Below the pieces are notes generated by a model. The model worked only from the letters and a program-made list of their open reading frames with translations, was not told where the DNA came from and did not search any database. A DNA stretch of 64,000 nt from Phoronis australis (Eukaryota; Animalia; Phoronida), in assembly GCA_002633005.1 (NCBI GenBank), contig NMRA01000184.1:127255-191254 (forward strand), read 5' to 3'. Shown one piece after another: positions 9,701 through 19,579 of the stretch. Positions within the stretch are counted from its first letter, which is position 1. Each line of letters opens with the position of its first letter. A program made the translations under genes and the position numbers.

Positions 9701-12700
9701 ATGCAACACTAAACTGGTGTTAACACATATAAGAAAATTGATGATTTTTAAATAAAAAGTATGAGGAGTAAGATAAACAAGTTCCAATATTCACTTGACA
9801 TAGAAGTATAAAAGAGTTTGTGGAGACAGTTTGAGATTCATAGATCCTTATAATTGAAAAAATGTTCATTGAAATTATAGACACATGGTGAACAGAGACA
9901 CCTGGTGGCTGCCAAAAGTATTGCTCACAGGCTACTTTAGTTTTTGACAATATTGGACAAGACAACTAGTTCTTGTCTGTCAATCATCTAAGTTCTTAAC
10001 AGGTCCTCCTGGAGGCAATTTGTTTGCAAGTGTTGGATTTTATATTTTAACCTATTAAAAATAATTAAAAAATTATGGGTCATGGGTTGGAGAAATAAAT
10101 GAAAAATGTGGGCGGTGGGTACGAAATAAAAGTGCCTTCCCCCCCCTCCCATACAGATTTTGCTGGAACAGCCCTAAGTTAAATCGGGTGGCATTCTCCT
10201 TTAAATTTTCTTGAGTTGCTATGTGATTACGTGTCTTGAGTAAAGCATTATAGTTCAAGACCGCCTAATTCTTATCACATAATTCTGTCATCAATCTTTT
10301 GCACTAATGTTTTTCAGAAAAACATCGTTCACAGGGACCTCAAGTTGGGAAACATGGTGATCAACAAACGATCTAGACGGGTGACTTTGACCAATTTCTG
10401 CCTCGGCAAGCATTTGGTGTCTGAGAATGATCTTTTGAAGGACCAGCGGGGTAGTCCAGCTTACATTAGCCCAGATGTGTTGAGCGGTATGCCTGTTCTC
10501 TGTTCTACTTTGCGAACGTTGCTTTTCTGGGTCATAGCTAAAGTTAACGTGTACGTGCTTTCTGTCAAACTTTTGATTTGAAGTGTTAAGTGTTGTAAAG
10601 GTGGGCTTAAACGTTTCCTTTTAAGTACTCAGGTTAGAAATGAGTTCTTGTTCAAGACCAAATGTGTTAAGCCAACTTATTATGCCTGTCAGTGAGTGAG
10701 GGTTGCTCCTTGAAGTGCAGGTTTAATCTATTAGCATACTTCTGTGTGTACTACAATATTGTGAACAGTCATTAGTGTACTTCATAATATCAATTCAGCT
10801 TGTTTTGCTTCTACCAAAGCTTACCCACTGTTCGATAGATAGATATTCATTTAACTCAGGTTTGTCACCATCCCTGATGCTTCATTGTAGGTCCCTATTT
10901 GGGCAAGCCCAGTGACATGTGGGCTCTTGGTGTTGTTTTATTCACAATGGTGTACGGACAGTTTCCGTTCTACGACAGAGTGCCGCAAGAACTGTTCAGG
11001 AAAATAAAAGCAGCCGAGTTCACCATTCCTGGGTAAATTTTTTGTTGTATAAAGTTTATTTGTGTATTTCAGACTCGTAATCAATTAAATTCCTTAAAAA
11101 CAGTATGCTGATTTTTAGGCACATGGCACTAATGAAAGCATTTATGGTGGCAGTGTAGTAGGTTTCTAGGACGTTGTCAAAAATTTTCTCTGCAGAATGT
11201 ATCGCGATTGTGGTTATAACCAACTCGGTGCAAACCAGGCTCTTCGCTTCAAGGGGTTTGAAATTTTGTAAATGTGGACTTCGGGTGAGTTCTTGAGTAC
11301 TCCTAAGCGTCACCAGTTTGATGTTACCGTTTTTTCTCGCAGTCAATCACCGATGAAACTGCCTGCTCTCACAAATTTCCTTGGACTTTTTTCACCTTTG
11401 CTCATACCTTTTTCAAGGGAAATTTTCTGACTAGAGGTCTGCAAACTAAGGATAACATTGTACTCTCTCTATTGTAAAAAATTAGATTTTGTGTACTATT
11501 TCATTGTTTACAGCAAAAAGATCAGGTTCCCTCAAATCTGGTCAGATCCCTTTAGTTCAGAATGATGAACAATGGTTTGAAAAATAATTGAGAACTGGAA
11601 ACATGTTTCGACTTCTTGGGAGTGTCACAAATTTACTTTTGATGGACATTTTTGTTTTGGCTAGTAGCTGAACACAGAGTGTGCATCAGTTTACTCAATC
11701 ACACTAGATATGTTTCAGATCTCTTTTTATCAAGATAATGAGATGTGATTTCCATCCTCAATCAGGTCATTCGGTTCATTGGCAAGTCACAAAATTGACA
11801 AAAAATTGTCATCCTTGACAAAGTTAGCCAACCCCTTCAGTGTGGGTTCATATTTATTGCAGGTGATCTCTCGCTTTCTTAGGCAGTAGCAACCAATTGC
11901 TATCATGAAAAGGAAAATCTGCCTATGTTGCGATTTCCATGATTTCGTTGCAAGGGTGAAAAATACCCCTTTAAGGTGGCTCTCATCAAATGAACTATTC
12001 CAAATATAGTGTTCTAGTTGATCTTTATTCTTCAGAGATGGTCTTGTGTCAGAGAATACCACAACTCTGATACGTAAGCTGTTGGTGCTTGATCCTAAAC
12101 AGAGGCTGACGGCCAGTCAAGTCTTGGATTGTCTGCGAGTTATAATTAATACATGGTAAGGGTTCATACAGGGACTAATGGCCAGTCAAGTCTTGGATTG
12201 TCTGTGAGTTATAATTAATACATGGTAGGGTTCATACAGGGACTAATGGCCAGTCAAGTCTTGGATTGTCTACGAGTTATAATTAATACATGGTAAGGGT
12301 ACATGGAGGCTGACAGCCAGTGAAGTCTTGGATTTTCTACGAGTTATAATTAATACATGGTAAGGGTACATACAGGAACTAATGGCCAGTGAAGTCTTGG
12401 ATAGTTTGAAAGTTAAAAGTAATTAATACATGGTACGGTTACATACAGAGATTGATGGCCTGTCAAATCTTGGATTGTCTCCGAGTATACATGGTAAGGA
12501 TACATGTAGCTCCTGACAATCACCATTATGGTAAGAGTATACAAAGAGAGGTTATACAAAGAGAGGTGATACTGTTCTCAAGAAACTTGCCAGGAATCGC
12601 TGGTGTTCATCAGGGTTCCTTACTTCCTACCTTCTTATGATGTGAAAACAGAACTTTGTTGCTTTATCAAAGCCAATGGTCAGTATCTTGTTGTGCCAGT

Positions 12701-13225
12701 CATTCACATATGTGTAGATTCATGTACAGTAACTGACCTTAAATTTTGATTTAATTTGCACCTGAAAGTTGTTACCTTACTTAGTTAGAAATTATTACGT
12801 GTGCATGACATTGTGTAACTTTTCTTTACGTTTGTCACAACACATTTGATTGTTAGTTGTAGAGATGCATTGGACATCATACAGTCTGTTATATTTGTTT
12901 TGTTCACCCCAGGAGATCCGTGGCGTCAATTGGGGGACCAAACCAAGTTGTTCCAGAAGCAGAAGAAAGTGGCCAAGAGCAGGACGAGAAAAATAATGCA
13001 AAAACAATTCACAACTTTCCATCCACTTCTTCTGGTATTGCAGAGATTAACCCATTTGATATACAGTTCTCACACACAAGCTACCTAGATGATACTGAGG
13101 CAAGAAAAATGATTACATCAAGACAAAGACTTGCTGTGCCACCAATTAGGCGAATAAGTCAAGATGCTCGACCTTTGACCCCAAATGAAATCCAGACCCA
13201 TAGAAATTTATTGTATAATGATTAA
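3635..13225 (+). CDS. STK40: Serine/threonine kinase 40 (Tribbles-related pseudokinase); 8 coding exons: 3635-3755, 4834-4919, 5696-5830, 6676-6906, 10318-10486, 10891-11032, 12036-12155, 12913-13225; 1317 nt, 438 aa
   Basis: Manual splicing at GT..AG sites gives one continuous frame with STK40 hallmarks: KRAGPYLLGPRLGTSPVRSIVQCLARKEGTDEFYTLK, RQGKMLLHTEYSLLSL, CLVLDCLIPHDFSNKTADLVNLQHYVIKEKKLSE, HRDLKLGN, TNFCLGKHLVSENDLLKDQRGSPAYISPDVLS, GKPSDMWALGVVLFTM, QVVPE, PPIRRISQDARPLT. Confidence 0.96.
3949..4134. repeat. 18-bp minisatellite (about 10 copies of TGTACGACATGCCCTCGC-like unit) in STK40 intron 1
   Basis: Direct tandem periodicity; explains the repetitive ORFs at 3892-4181. Confidence 0.95.
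4834..4919 (+). CDS. STK40: STK40 coding exon 2 (GPRLGTSPVRSIVQCLARKEGTDEFYTLK)
   Basis: tttcag acceptor, gtaagg donor, frame continuous with exon 1; absent from the ORF track. Confidence 0.95.
5696..5830 (+). CDS. STK40: STK40 coding exon 3 (ILTMEDGLKECQDDRQGKMLLHTEYSLLSLMHNMEGVVHHHGLFK)
   Basis: ttgtag acceptor, gtaaaa donor, 135 nt, phase 0-0. Confidence 0.95.
6553..6617. repeat. 22-bp tandem repeat x3 (AAACAGAGCCCAGCTCTGTAGC), each unit self-complementary
   Basis: Seen directly; ACAGAGC-CCA-GCTCTGT forms a hairpin. Confidence 0.9.
6676..6906 (+). CDS. STK40: STK40 coding exon 4 (DKALEERE...VRVVESLHQ)
   Basis: AAG acceptor, gtgagc donor, 231 nt; lies within ORF 6649-6996. Confidence 0.92.
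8798..8965 (+). pseudogene. Frameshifted remnant of the first exon of a Kolobok accessory (KolX / P2X7-C-terminus-like) gene
   Basis: MATRNPDL / (frameshift) DELELITPDFAGGSLRFTGYQFEHEYSDEEILERRREQAQTTEHGVI-TG|gtaag; YQFE-x-EYSDEE motif and split Trp codon resemble that family; lies inside a TTAA element. Confidence 0.5.
9337..10174. mobile_element. Non-autonomous TIR element (PIF/Harbinger- or ISL2EU-like) nested in the Kolobok element
   Basis: About 34-bp TIR GGGCTGTTCCAGTAAAATCCGTGTGGGAGGGGGG / CCCCCCTCCCATACAGATTTTGCTGGAACAGCCC; flanked by TTA / TAA (TA or TWA TSD). Confidence 0.85.
10318..10486 (+). CDS. STK40: STK40 coding exon 5 (KNIVHRDLKLGN...TNFC...GSPAYISPDVLS)
   Basis: ttttcag acceptor, gtatgc donor; contains the catalytic loop and activation segment. 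Confidence 0.96.
10891..11032 (+). CDS. STK40: STK40 coding exon 6 (GPYLGKPSDMWALGVVLFTMVYGQFPFYDRVPQELFRKIKAAEFTIP)
   Basis: ttgtag acceptor, gtaaat donor, frame continuous. Confidence 0.95.
12036..12155 (+). CDS. STK40: STK40 coding exon 7 (DGLVSENTTTLIRKLLVLDPKQRLTASQVLDCLRVIINTW)
   Basis: ttcag acceptor, TG|gtaagg donor, 120 nt. Confidence 0.94.
12099..12505 (+). repeat. Tandem array (6 units, 61-73 bp) of the STK40 exon-7 3' end plus splice donor
   Basis: Unit GGCCAGTCAAGTCTTGGATTGTCTNCGAGTTATAATTAATACATG|GTAAGGGTTCATACAGGGACTAAT; donor GTs at 12156, 12225, 12293, 12360, 12433, 12494. Confidence 0.95.
12913..13225 (+). CDS. STK40: STK40 last coding exon (RSVASIGGPNQVVPEAE...RNLLYND*), with COP1-binding VP-type motif
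   Basis: cccag acceptor, phase matches exon 7; QVVPE and PPIRRISQDARP motifs; TAA ends at 13225. Confidence 0.9.
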
Positions 13226-13591
13226 TTCTGTAGATTTTGGTTTTGTATTAATTCATGTAAAACACTGAACAAGCAGTGTTTAATTCCTCTGGATTTTAGT
13301 TCAGTATTTAACAAAGGAGACAATTTCGTATTTGATTCATGTCTCATTGAAAATTTGCAGTTGGTGTAAAATTGAACCTGTTGCTATACCAGTGGGAAAC
13401 TTTTGCACAGCACTGAGCAAGTCTCATAGAACCATTTACTTGTACTGCCACCTGGCTGACTTGGGAAGTATCATTTCCTTGTAACAGCCAACATGAGGAA
13501 AACTCTACTTATGAAAAGAACTGCTCTGAGTACACTGGAGGACACTTTAGGTATTTTGCACAAGTTTGAAGTTGCCTCCTGGTCAGCTTAA

Positions 13592-13918
13592 AGGGATATA
13601 ATCATGTTTATGGTCAAAAAACCTCAACTTTGGGATTATTTTGGATGGCATTTTTTAAAGTCATTAGGTTTGACCAGAGCTGTAAAGCAACGAAATCTAT
13701 TGTTTTTGTGATGTCATTTCAAAGGTCATTGTCTGCCACATATTCTCTGAAATCGAGGCTGGTGTCTCTACCATTGAAATACGCTTAAAATGGTCTTCTA
13801 TTTAAGCCATGGGATTTTTCTTATCGACAGCATTCAGCTGCTATTTCAGAGATAGTGTGATCGATTCCATGCCAATGATAATTTCTGCTAAATTACTTTT
13901 CACGGGGAGAATGTCCCT
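13592..13918. mobile_element. Kolobok-like MITE downstream of the STK40 stop (probable 3' UTR)
   Basis: TTAA on both sides; imperfect TIR AGGGATATAATC / GAGAATGTCCCT. Confidence 0.6.
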
Positions 13919-14244
13919 TTAAGGGCAGTAAATGTCACTATCCACTCTTGTTTAAATTATCTTGCATATCACGAATCTCGATGTTATAACCCACAGTATT
14001 CATTGGGTACGTTTTGTAACATATACTTAATCGCACGCGATGAGCCATTATGGTTTCAAGAAACACACCATTGTATTTACAGGTCTCCTTATTTATTTTA
14101 TTGAAATTCTCGTTGTAACATTTTATCGTTGTTTTCATTACGTGTGATTGATGTTGACCAACTGTTTTTATAACATTTAGACTGATGATAGAGTTTGATA
14201 TCTGTATTGAGCTTTTTATGGATAGACTGAAGCTTATTTGTGGG

Positions 14245-14546
14245 CCCGAGTGGGTCACTCATACTGACAGGTGTGTACCGAAAATTGTTGAGCGACCCTT
14301 TTGCGGGTGCCAGGTCTGCTAATTACCATCCACTTTAACAGGGTTGATATTTCTGTAAGAAGACAGCGAGTGCACCTTTCGCTTGGCTGAGGCCAATGCA
14401 GTGGGCTTTTTCACGGACAACATGGAAATTTAGGAGCCTATTGGATCCTGCACGGGTCCCGCAAAACTTGCTGAAAAAGTACCCCCTACCTTCAATTTTG
14501 GGTACATGTGTGCGGGTGCCTTTTCAATATGAGTGTCTCCTCCGGG
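14245..14546. mobile_element. Unclassified MITE with CCCG...CGGG termini
   Basis: TIR CCCGAGTGGGTCACTCATA / TATGAGTGTCTCCTCCGGG. Confidence 0.55.
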
Positions 14547-14834
14547 GTGTGCAGGCTGTCTGGTGGCTGGGCAATTTCCCTCAATTCAGTGCATGCACAA
14601 TGTCTTCTTCTATTCATAAAAAGGTAATTGATGAATTACGTATAAATTAACCACTGGTAAATGTACTATTTTTGCCAAGTCCTTTCTATGTGTATCTCTC
14701 AAAGTTGACCAGGTTCTGGAATGATTCTTTGCAATGTATTTTATGACACATTATATTTTGTAAGTCATTTTTGTATTGGCATTTTGATAATGGTCTACTG
14801 AAATCCTCCAACGTCAACTTAAATTGCATGTACT

Positions 14835-14840
14835 AATAAA
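14835..14840 (+). terminator. Candidate STK40 polyadenylation signal AATAAA
   Basis: AATAAA about 1.6 kb after the stop codon, followed by T-rich sequence; not verified. Confidence 0.3.
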
Positions 14841-14932
14841 CATACGCATTCAACTGCTTGTCTTAACTAACACATTTAACTTGCATTTTGGGCTTACCCA
14901 AAAGATGTCAATTGCTATCGAAGACAGTTTAA

Positions 14933-15788
14933 GGTAACTGTGAATCTTGTTTACCAGGTTGCACTTATGTGCAAATATCTTAAATTCTGTTAGCTCTTGC
15001 CCCTAGAAAGTTTATATTTTCTGAAAGGTGAACAAAATTTATTGTTATTCACTTGTCTTTATTTTTTTGCAAGATATTGCGTTTTTTAGTAAAAAAGTTT
15101 TGTTTTGGCTTTGAACAGAGATTTTAAAAACTTAACAACTTTTTTGAGCAAAAATGGTCTTTGGATTTTTGAAGGCTTCCTTCCAAAATATTAGGACATA
15201 TTTCAAAAATCTGAGATACAGCAGGGGCAGATCCAGGATATTGAGTTTGGGGGGGGCAGGGCACAGGAATAACCAGAATTTTGGCAGATGCGCGCGCTCA
15301 GCCTAAAATGTGGGGATATAGGGGTCTCAAATTTTTTAGTTTGTGGACCTGTTCACTAAAAAAAGGAAAACTGGGTTTGTTCAGGGCCTATGAATTGTTT
15401 ATTAATCCCCCGAGCACCCCTGGTTGCGCGCATGTGCTAGTCAGCAATTTGCTACCGAACTCCCAAATTGTATCTGGTAGAACTTTAGGGGGGGCCTTGA
15501 CCCCCCTTAAATCTGCCACTGTACAGTTCCCTCGAAAATGCCATTAGCAACATGTTGAGAAGAGACTAATGATTGGAGGATCAATATTTTTTAAAATCTG
15601 TTCAAAGCCAAAAACAATTACTAAAAAGCGCATATATCGTGAAAAATAAAAGACAAGGAAATAAGAAAAATAAATGTTATGAAATGTATTCACGTTTCAG
15701 AAAATATTTACTTTCTAGGGGATAGAGGTAACAGAATTTAAGACATTTGCACATAAGTACAACCTGGTAAATAATATTCACAGTAACC
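14933..15788. mobile_element. Kolobok-like MITE with about 200-bp inverted arms and nested insertions
   Basis: TTAA at 14929-14932 and 15789-15792; arms GGTAACTGTGAATCTTGTTTACCAGGTTGCACTTATGTGCAAAT... / ...ATTTGCACATAAGTACAACCTGGTAAATAATATTCACAGTAACC. Confidence 0.88.
15222..15521. mobile_element. hAT-like MITE (CAG..CTG termini, 5-bp TSD TACAG), itself carrying an insert at about 15287-15434
   Basis: CAGGGGCAGATCCAGG ... AAATCTGCCACTG; exact TACAG on both flanks; homologous to 18764-18924 and 54111-54265. Confidence 0.8.
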
Positions 15789-16269
15789 TTAAGTGATACA
15801 ACTTCAGGTTATACAGAACCTTATCAACAAGTCTGCATTGAGCCAAATATCTGGAAATAAATTGAAATTAGTTCTGTAAAATTATATACTTCCTGAAAGA
15901 GGAGAGGCTGGAGATTTTGTTGGTTTTTAAATTTATACCAATCCATCATTAATTGGATCACTTGAACATATCATTTTAGTAAAATTCAGGAAAAAAAAAG
16001 GTACAGTTACTGTGAATGACTAAATTTCAGCTGCTATTAATGATCAAATGCTCAAAAACACTTAGTTTTTTTAAAATATTTTGTTTTCGTTTTATTTAGG
16101 CCTACCTTTTGAGTGTTTTCGTGAGAATCTTGTAACTTCTGAATGTTTTCATAAAAACCATTTAAATCCTATTATTTATAGCTCATGGTACGAAATGAAA
16201 CATTATAAAATCAAGTCCTAAAAGCGCTTTAGGAGAAAGTCACCTAAAGCATAGTTTGTGAAAGTTTCA

Positions 16270-17175
16270 TTTTAAATACAATTTCTAGAGCGTTTTAGAT
16301 TACAGTGAATAAAGTATGGTATCTGAAAGTTTCATTTGAATCCGATCAGCCATTTATGAGATATGGTGTTCCAAAGTTAGCCAGATTTGGACATACGGTC
16401 TCGCTTAGGACCCCAGAAAAGAGGTACTGAACAGTTCTCACAGGGATTTGCCTATCAAAACACGTCAATGGACTTTCTTCACTCTTGTCAAAAACTGCAT
16501 GCAAATAAAGAAAAGTTTTGAGTCATTTCACATCACAAACCCTACAGATGAGCACAGAAACTTTGTTCTCTCTTGTATTCTTGACCCTTTCACTCCCAAT
16601 GGAAACCAAGCTAGACTAAGAAAAATAAGGACAAAAAAATGCAAACTCTGTACTTTTCACCCCAAAACGACCACTTCCTTGCCGATGCTCGACTAAAGCC
16701 AACATTAGATTCCGAAAGCAAATTTCCTACCGATTCCAAAAAAATGTGGTCCAATAGTACTGTCAACCAACTATTTTTTTTGCAAATCTTGCTTGTTTGA
16801 GGGCTACCTGAAATCGCGGCCAATTTCTCAGTTGTTACACATCAATGCACCATCTTGAAGAAGAGTGCAGCTACAGCCAAGAAAGTGACCTTTTTCAGTT
16901 CTCAGCATGTTCATAAAAACAAACAAATCAAATTCACTTGGCCTACATACAATACCCAACTAAAAAGTGCCCCAAAGCCTGGCTTACCCCTATATTTTAA
17001 TACCAAATTGGCCGTGGCCACAGTTTAACTGTTCAGTGCCACCAAAAGCTTCCGACTTCAATTAACACTGAAACACCATATCTCACAAATGGCTGATCAG
17101 ATTCAAATGAAACTTTCAGATACCATACTTTATTCACTGTAATCTAAAACCCTGCTAAAATTGTATTTAAAATGC
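16270..17175. repeat. Inverted pair of about 105-bp arms of a dispersed repeat family (relatives at about 2600-2922 and 40765-41175)
   Basis: ATTACAGTGAATAAAGTATGGTATCTGAAAGTTTCATTTGAATCCGATCAGCCATTT..GAGATATGGTGTT at 16300-16370 is reverse-complemented at 17071-17142. Confidence 0.8.
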
Positions 17176-18763
17176 TCTATTTTGGCATGAGGGGCTATAA
17201 AAGATAGTGGCCTTCGGTATTTTCATGAAAAATCAGAAGTGGCATAAATGAAACCTAGTCGTGTTATTGATGCTGTTCAATTATGAATGAGCTTTTCTTG
17301 TTTGGTAAATTTCAATAAAAATATCCAGTCAGGTCACCCAATTAATGGCCAATTGGTGTAAGGTCAAAAATCAAGTTAAAAGAGTTTTCAACTTAAGAAA
17401 ATATTTTTTTCACTGTTAAATTATTGTTTCGTAGTCACTTGCCTAAATGCAGAGTTGTCGATAAAAGTGCACATAACCTTTAGACAACTGTAAACCTTGT
17501 TCTGTCTCTGTAGTGTACTTTTTATCTAAACCACTTAACACTTTATTGGTCTCAACTTGTTCATCACTCTGATGAGAGGTGATGTATGGGTTTTCCAAAC
17601 AATTGACAGTTAAGGTGTCCTTGAGCCCATGTTCCGCGATGTTAAAATAACCCACCGTGATAAGGCAACCCATAGAGCATGGCGGTTTCAAGCAATAAGG
17701 AAATGTCAGTTCTTTCGAAAGCCTAAAATATCCTTCTATTTGACTAAGGAACAATTTGAAACTAATTTCATTACTCAAAGTATTTCTAATCAAAAGGAAT
17801 ACTTTCTTGGTGGTTGATGAGTTGCTAGTTGCTTGAAGTCACAGAAAGTTTTCGTGTTACTTCCCATTAAGTCCATGATGTTAAATGAATGTACTCCTAT
17901 CTTTCGAAATTATTAATATGTAAATGATAATTTTTTCAATGTCTGAAATGAAAGTTAAAGCATTATAAGATGCCATAAATATTCGTGCACTTGTTACTGA
18001 ATCAAAACTACCTACTGGCATGGACACAATATTTTCCTTATTTCTGACATTTTTTCTTCTGTCTTTAACCCATGTCACTGATGAAAAATTTGACTTCTCG
18101 GAATTCAGTCACCACGGCTTAAAACTCTTTCTGAAATTAAACTCTTCCGTTGATTTGAAATGTTATGAGAAAAGTGTTTTCAAAATCAAACAGTACTTCT
18201 TTTGAGTGCATTATAAGGAACTCCTTTGTGCCGATTAGCAATTCCATGTTTGTATTTAAAGCAAATTCACTCCTGTTATAAATATTTATTGCTTCTAATT
18301 TCCTTTCACAAGAAGTAGTTAACAGTTGATGAACTTTTTGTGTGACAGTGAACACCTATGTTTTGGTTTGGTTAATTTCATTTTTTATTCTAAGAATTAG
18401 TTTTAATGCTACATTAAATTTGTATACTGTTCACATTCCATTGCATAATTTTGCTTTAGTTGAAAACAAATATTTTGATTTTGTTTTGAAACAAAATCTG
18501 GGGTCTTAACATTCCGATGTAAGTAGAGAAGGAAAACTTACCAGTGTATAAAGGACACGATATGGCTAACAAGTGAAATTTTGTTTTTTAACTTTTCACA
18601 AAAATTAAGAAGCGTCAAATGAATGCTTTATTATTTTCAAGTAGGTACCATCAGACTATGTTTTTAGAAATTGTAGCCTTTCACAACAATGTTAGAAGCC
18701 CATGAAACATGGCATTAACTCTTTCTGTCCAAAATTAGTAATATTTCATCGAACGTATACAAG

Positions 18764-18924
18764 CAGTGGCGGATTTGGAGGGGGGGCCAAGGGGGCCATG
18801 GCCCTCCACAAAATTCTCTTACATTACATTTGGGAGTTGGGGGGTGCCAATGTTCGACGAGCAAAATCCTGGCTAATACTCTGCCCTGCCCCCCCCCCAA
18901 CTAGAAATCCTGGATCCGCCCGTG
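18764..18924. mobile_element. hAT-like MITE, 5-bp TSD ACAAG
   Basis: CAGTGGCGGATTT ... GGATCCGCCCGTG; exact ACAAG on both flanks. Confidence 0.8.
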
Positions 18925-19166
18925 ACAAGATCCATATTTCTTTTGAATTTTGATGAGAAACTCATCATGAGTGAAAATTGCTGGTGGATCTGCAGTCTAT
19001 CATATTTTTTTCAATAAGATCCGTGTTTCATTATGCAATATATTCTCGCAGCATTTTATTTTTAAAAAATAATCCTTGTGTTATTTCCCCTTAGACACTC
19101 ATCTTGACAAGTTGATTGAGATGAGAAATAGATAAAACCGCAACATAACTGATTTTAAGGGACCAG

Positions 19167-19579
19167 TGCCTAGTTGCATGAGGCAGTCCCAGATCGGGAC
19201 TCATAAGTTCTCTAAATCTTCTGTGTATTTATGTCACTCTCTTTGTTTACTCTCAAATGATATGTTTTTCTATCGTTTTATCTTCATTACGTGCTCGTTT
19301 TTAACTTAATGTAATATTTAATAAAAACTGAACCTTTTTTTCAATGAAAGTACATAAATTGGGACTTAGTCCATAAATTAGGGGCGCTGCATGAAAAGGT
19401 CCTTAGTGGTTTCCAGACTTCCATGTAGAGATCACTCACAGTAGGCATCAAACCCAAAAACTGAGGTATTCATTGAAATAAAAGGGCATAAGAAAGAAAA
19501 ATTCCAAAAATGCAGTAAAAAGTTGAGAAATGTTGTTGACAGAGTCCCTAATTGGGACTGTTTCGTATAAATGGGCGCA
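19167..19579. mobile_element. Degenerate MITE with AGTCCC/GGGACT subterminal palindromes
   Basis: Ends GTGCCTAGTTGCATGAGGCAGTCCCA / TGGGACTGTTTCGTATAAATGGGCGC. Confidence 0.45.

Larger units (their letters stand above)
7685..10200. mobile_element. Non-autonomous Kolobok-like DNA transposon (2.5 kb including nested insertion) in STK40 intron 4
   Basis: TTAA at 7681-7684 and 10201-10204; 15-bp TIR AGGAGCATGCCACCC / GGGTGGCATTCTCCT (14/15); purine-purine termini typical of Kolobok rather than piggyBac. Confidence 0.85.

Noticed and set aside
7685-10200. piggyBac assignment for the TTAA-flanked elements
   Set aside because: Termini begin AGG/GG rather than CC(C/T), which fits Kolobok; no piggyBac transposase remnant seen.
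12099-12505. Regularly spaced repeats superficially like a CRISPR array
   Set aside because: Eukaryotic intron; units are contiguous copies of exon sequence with no unique spacers and no cas genes.
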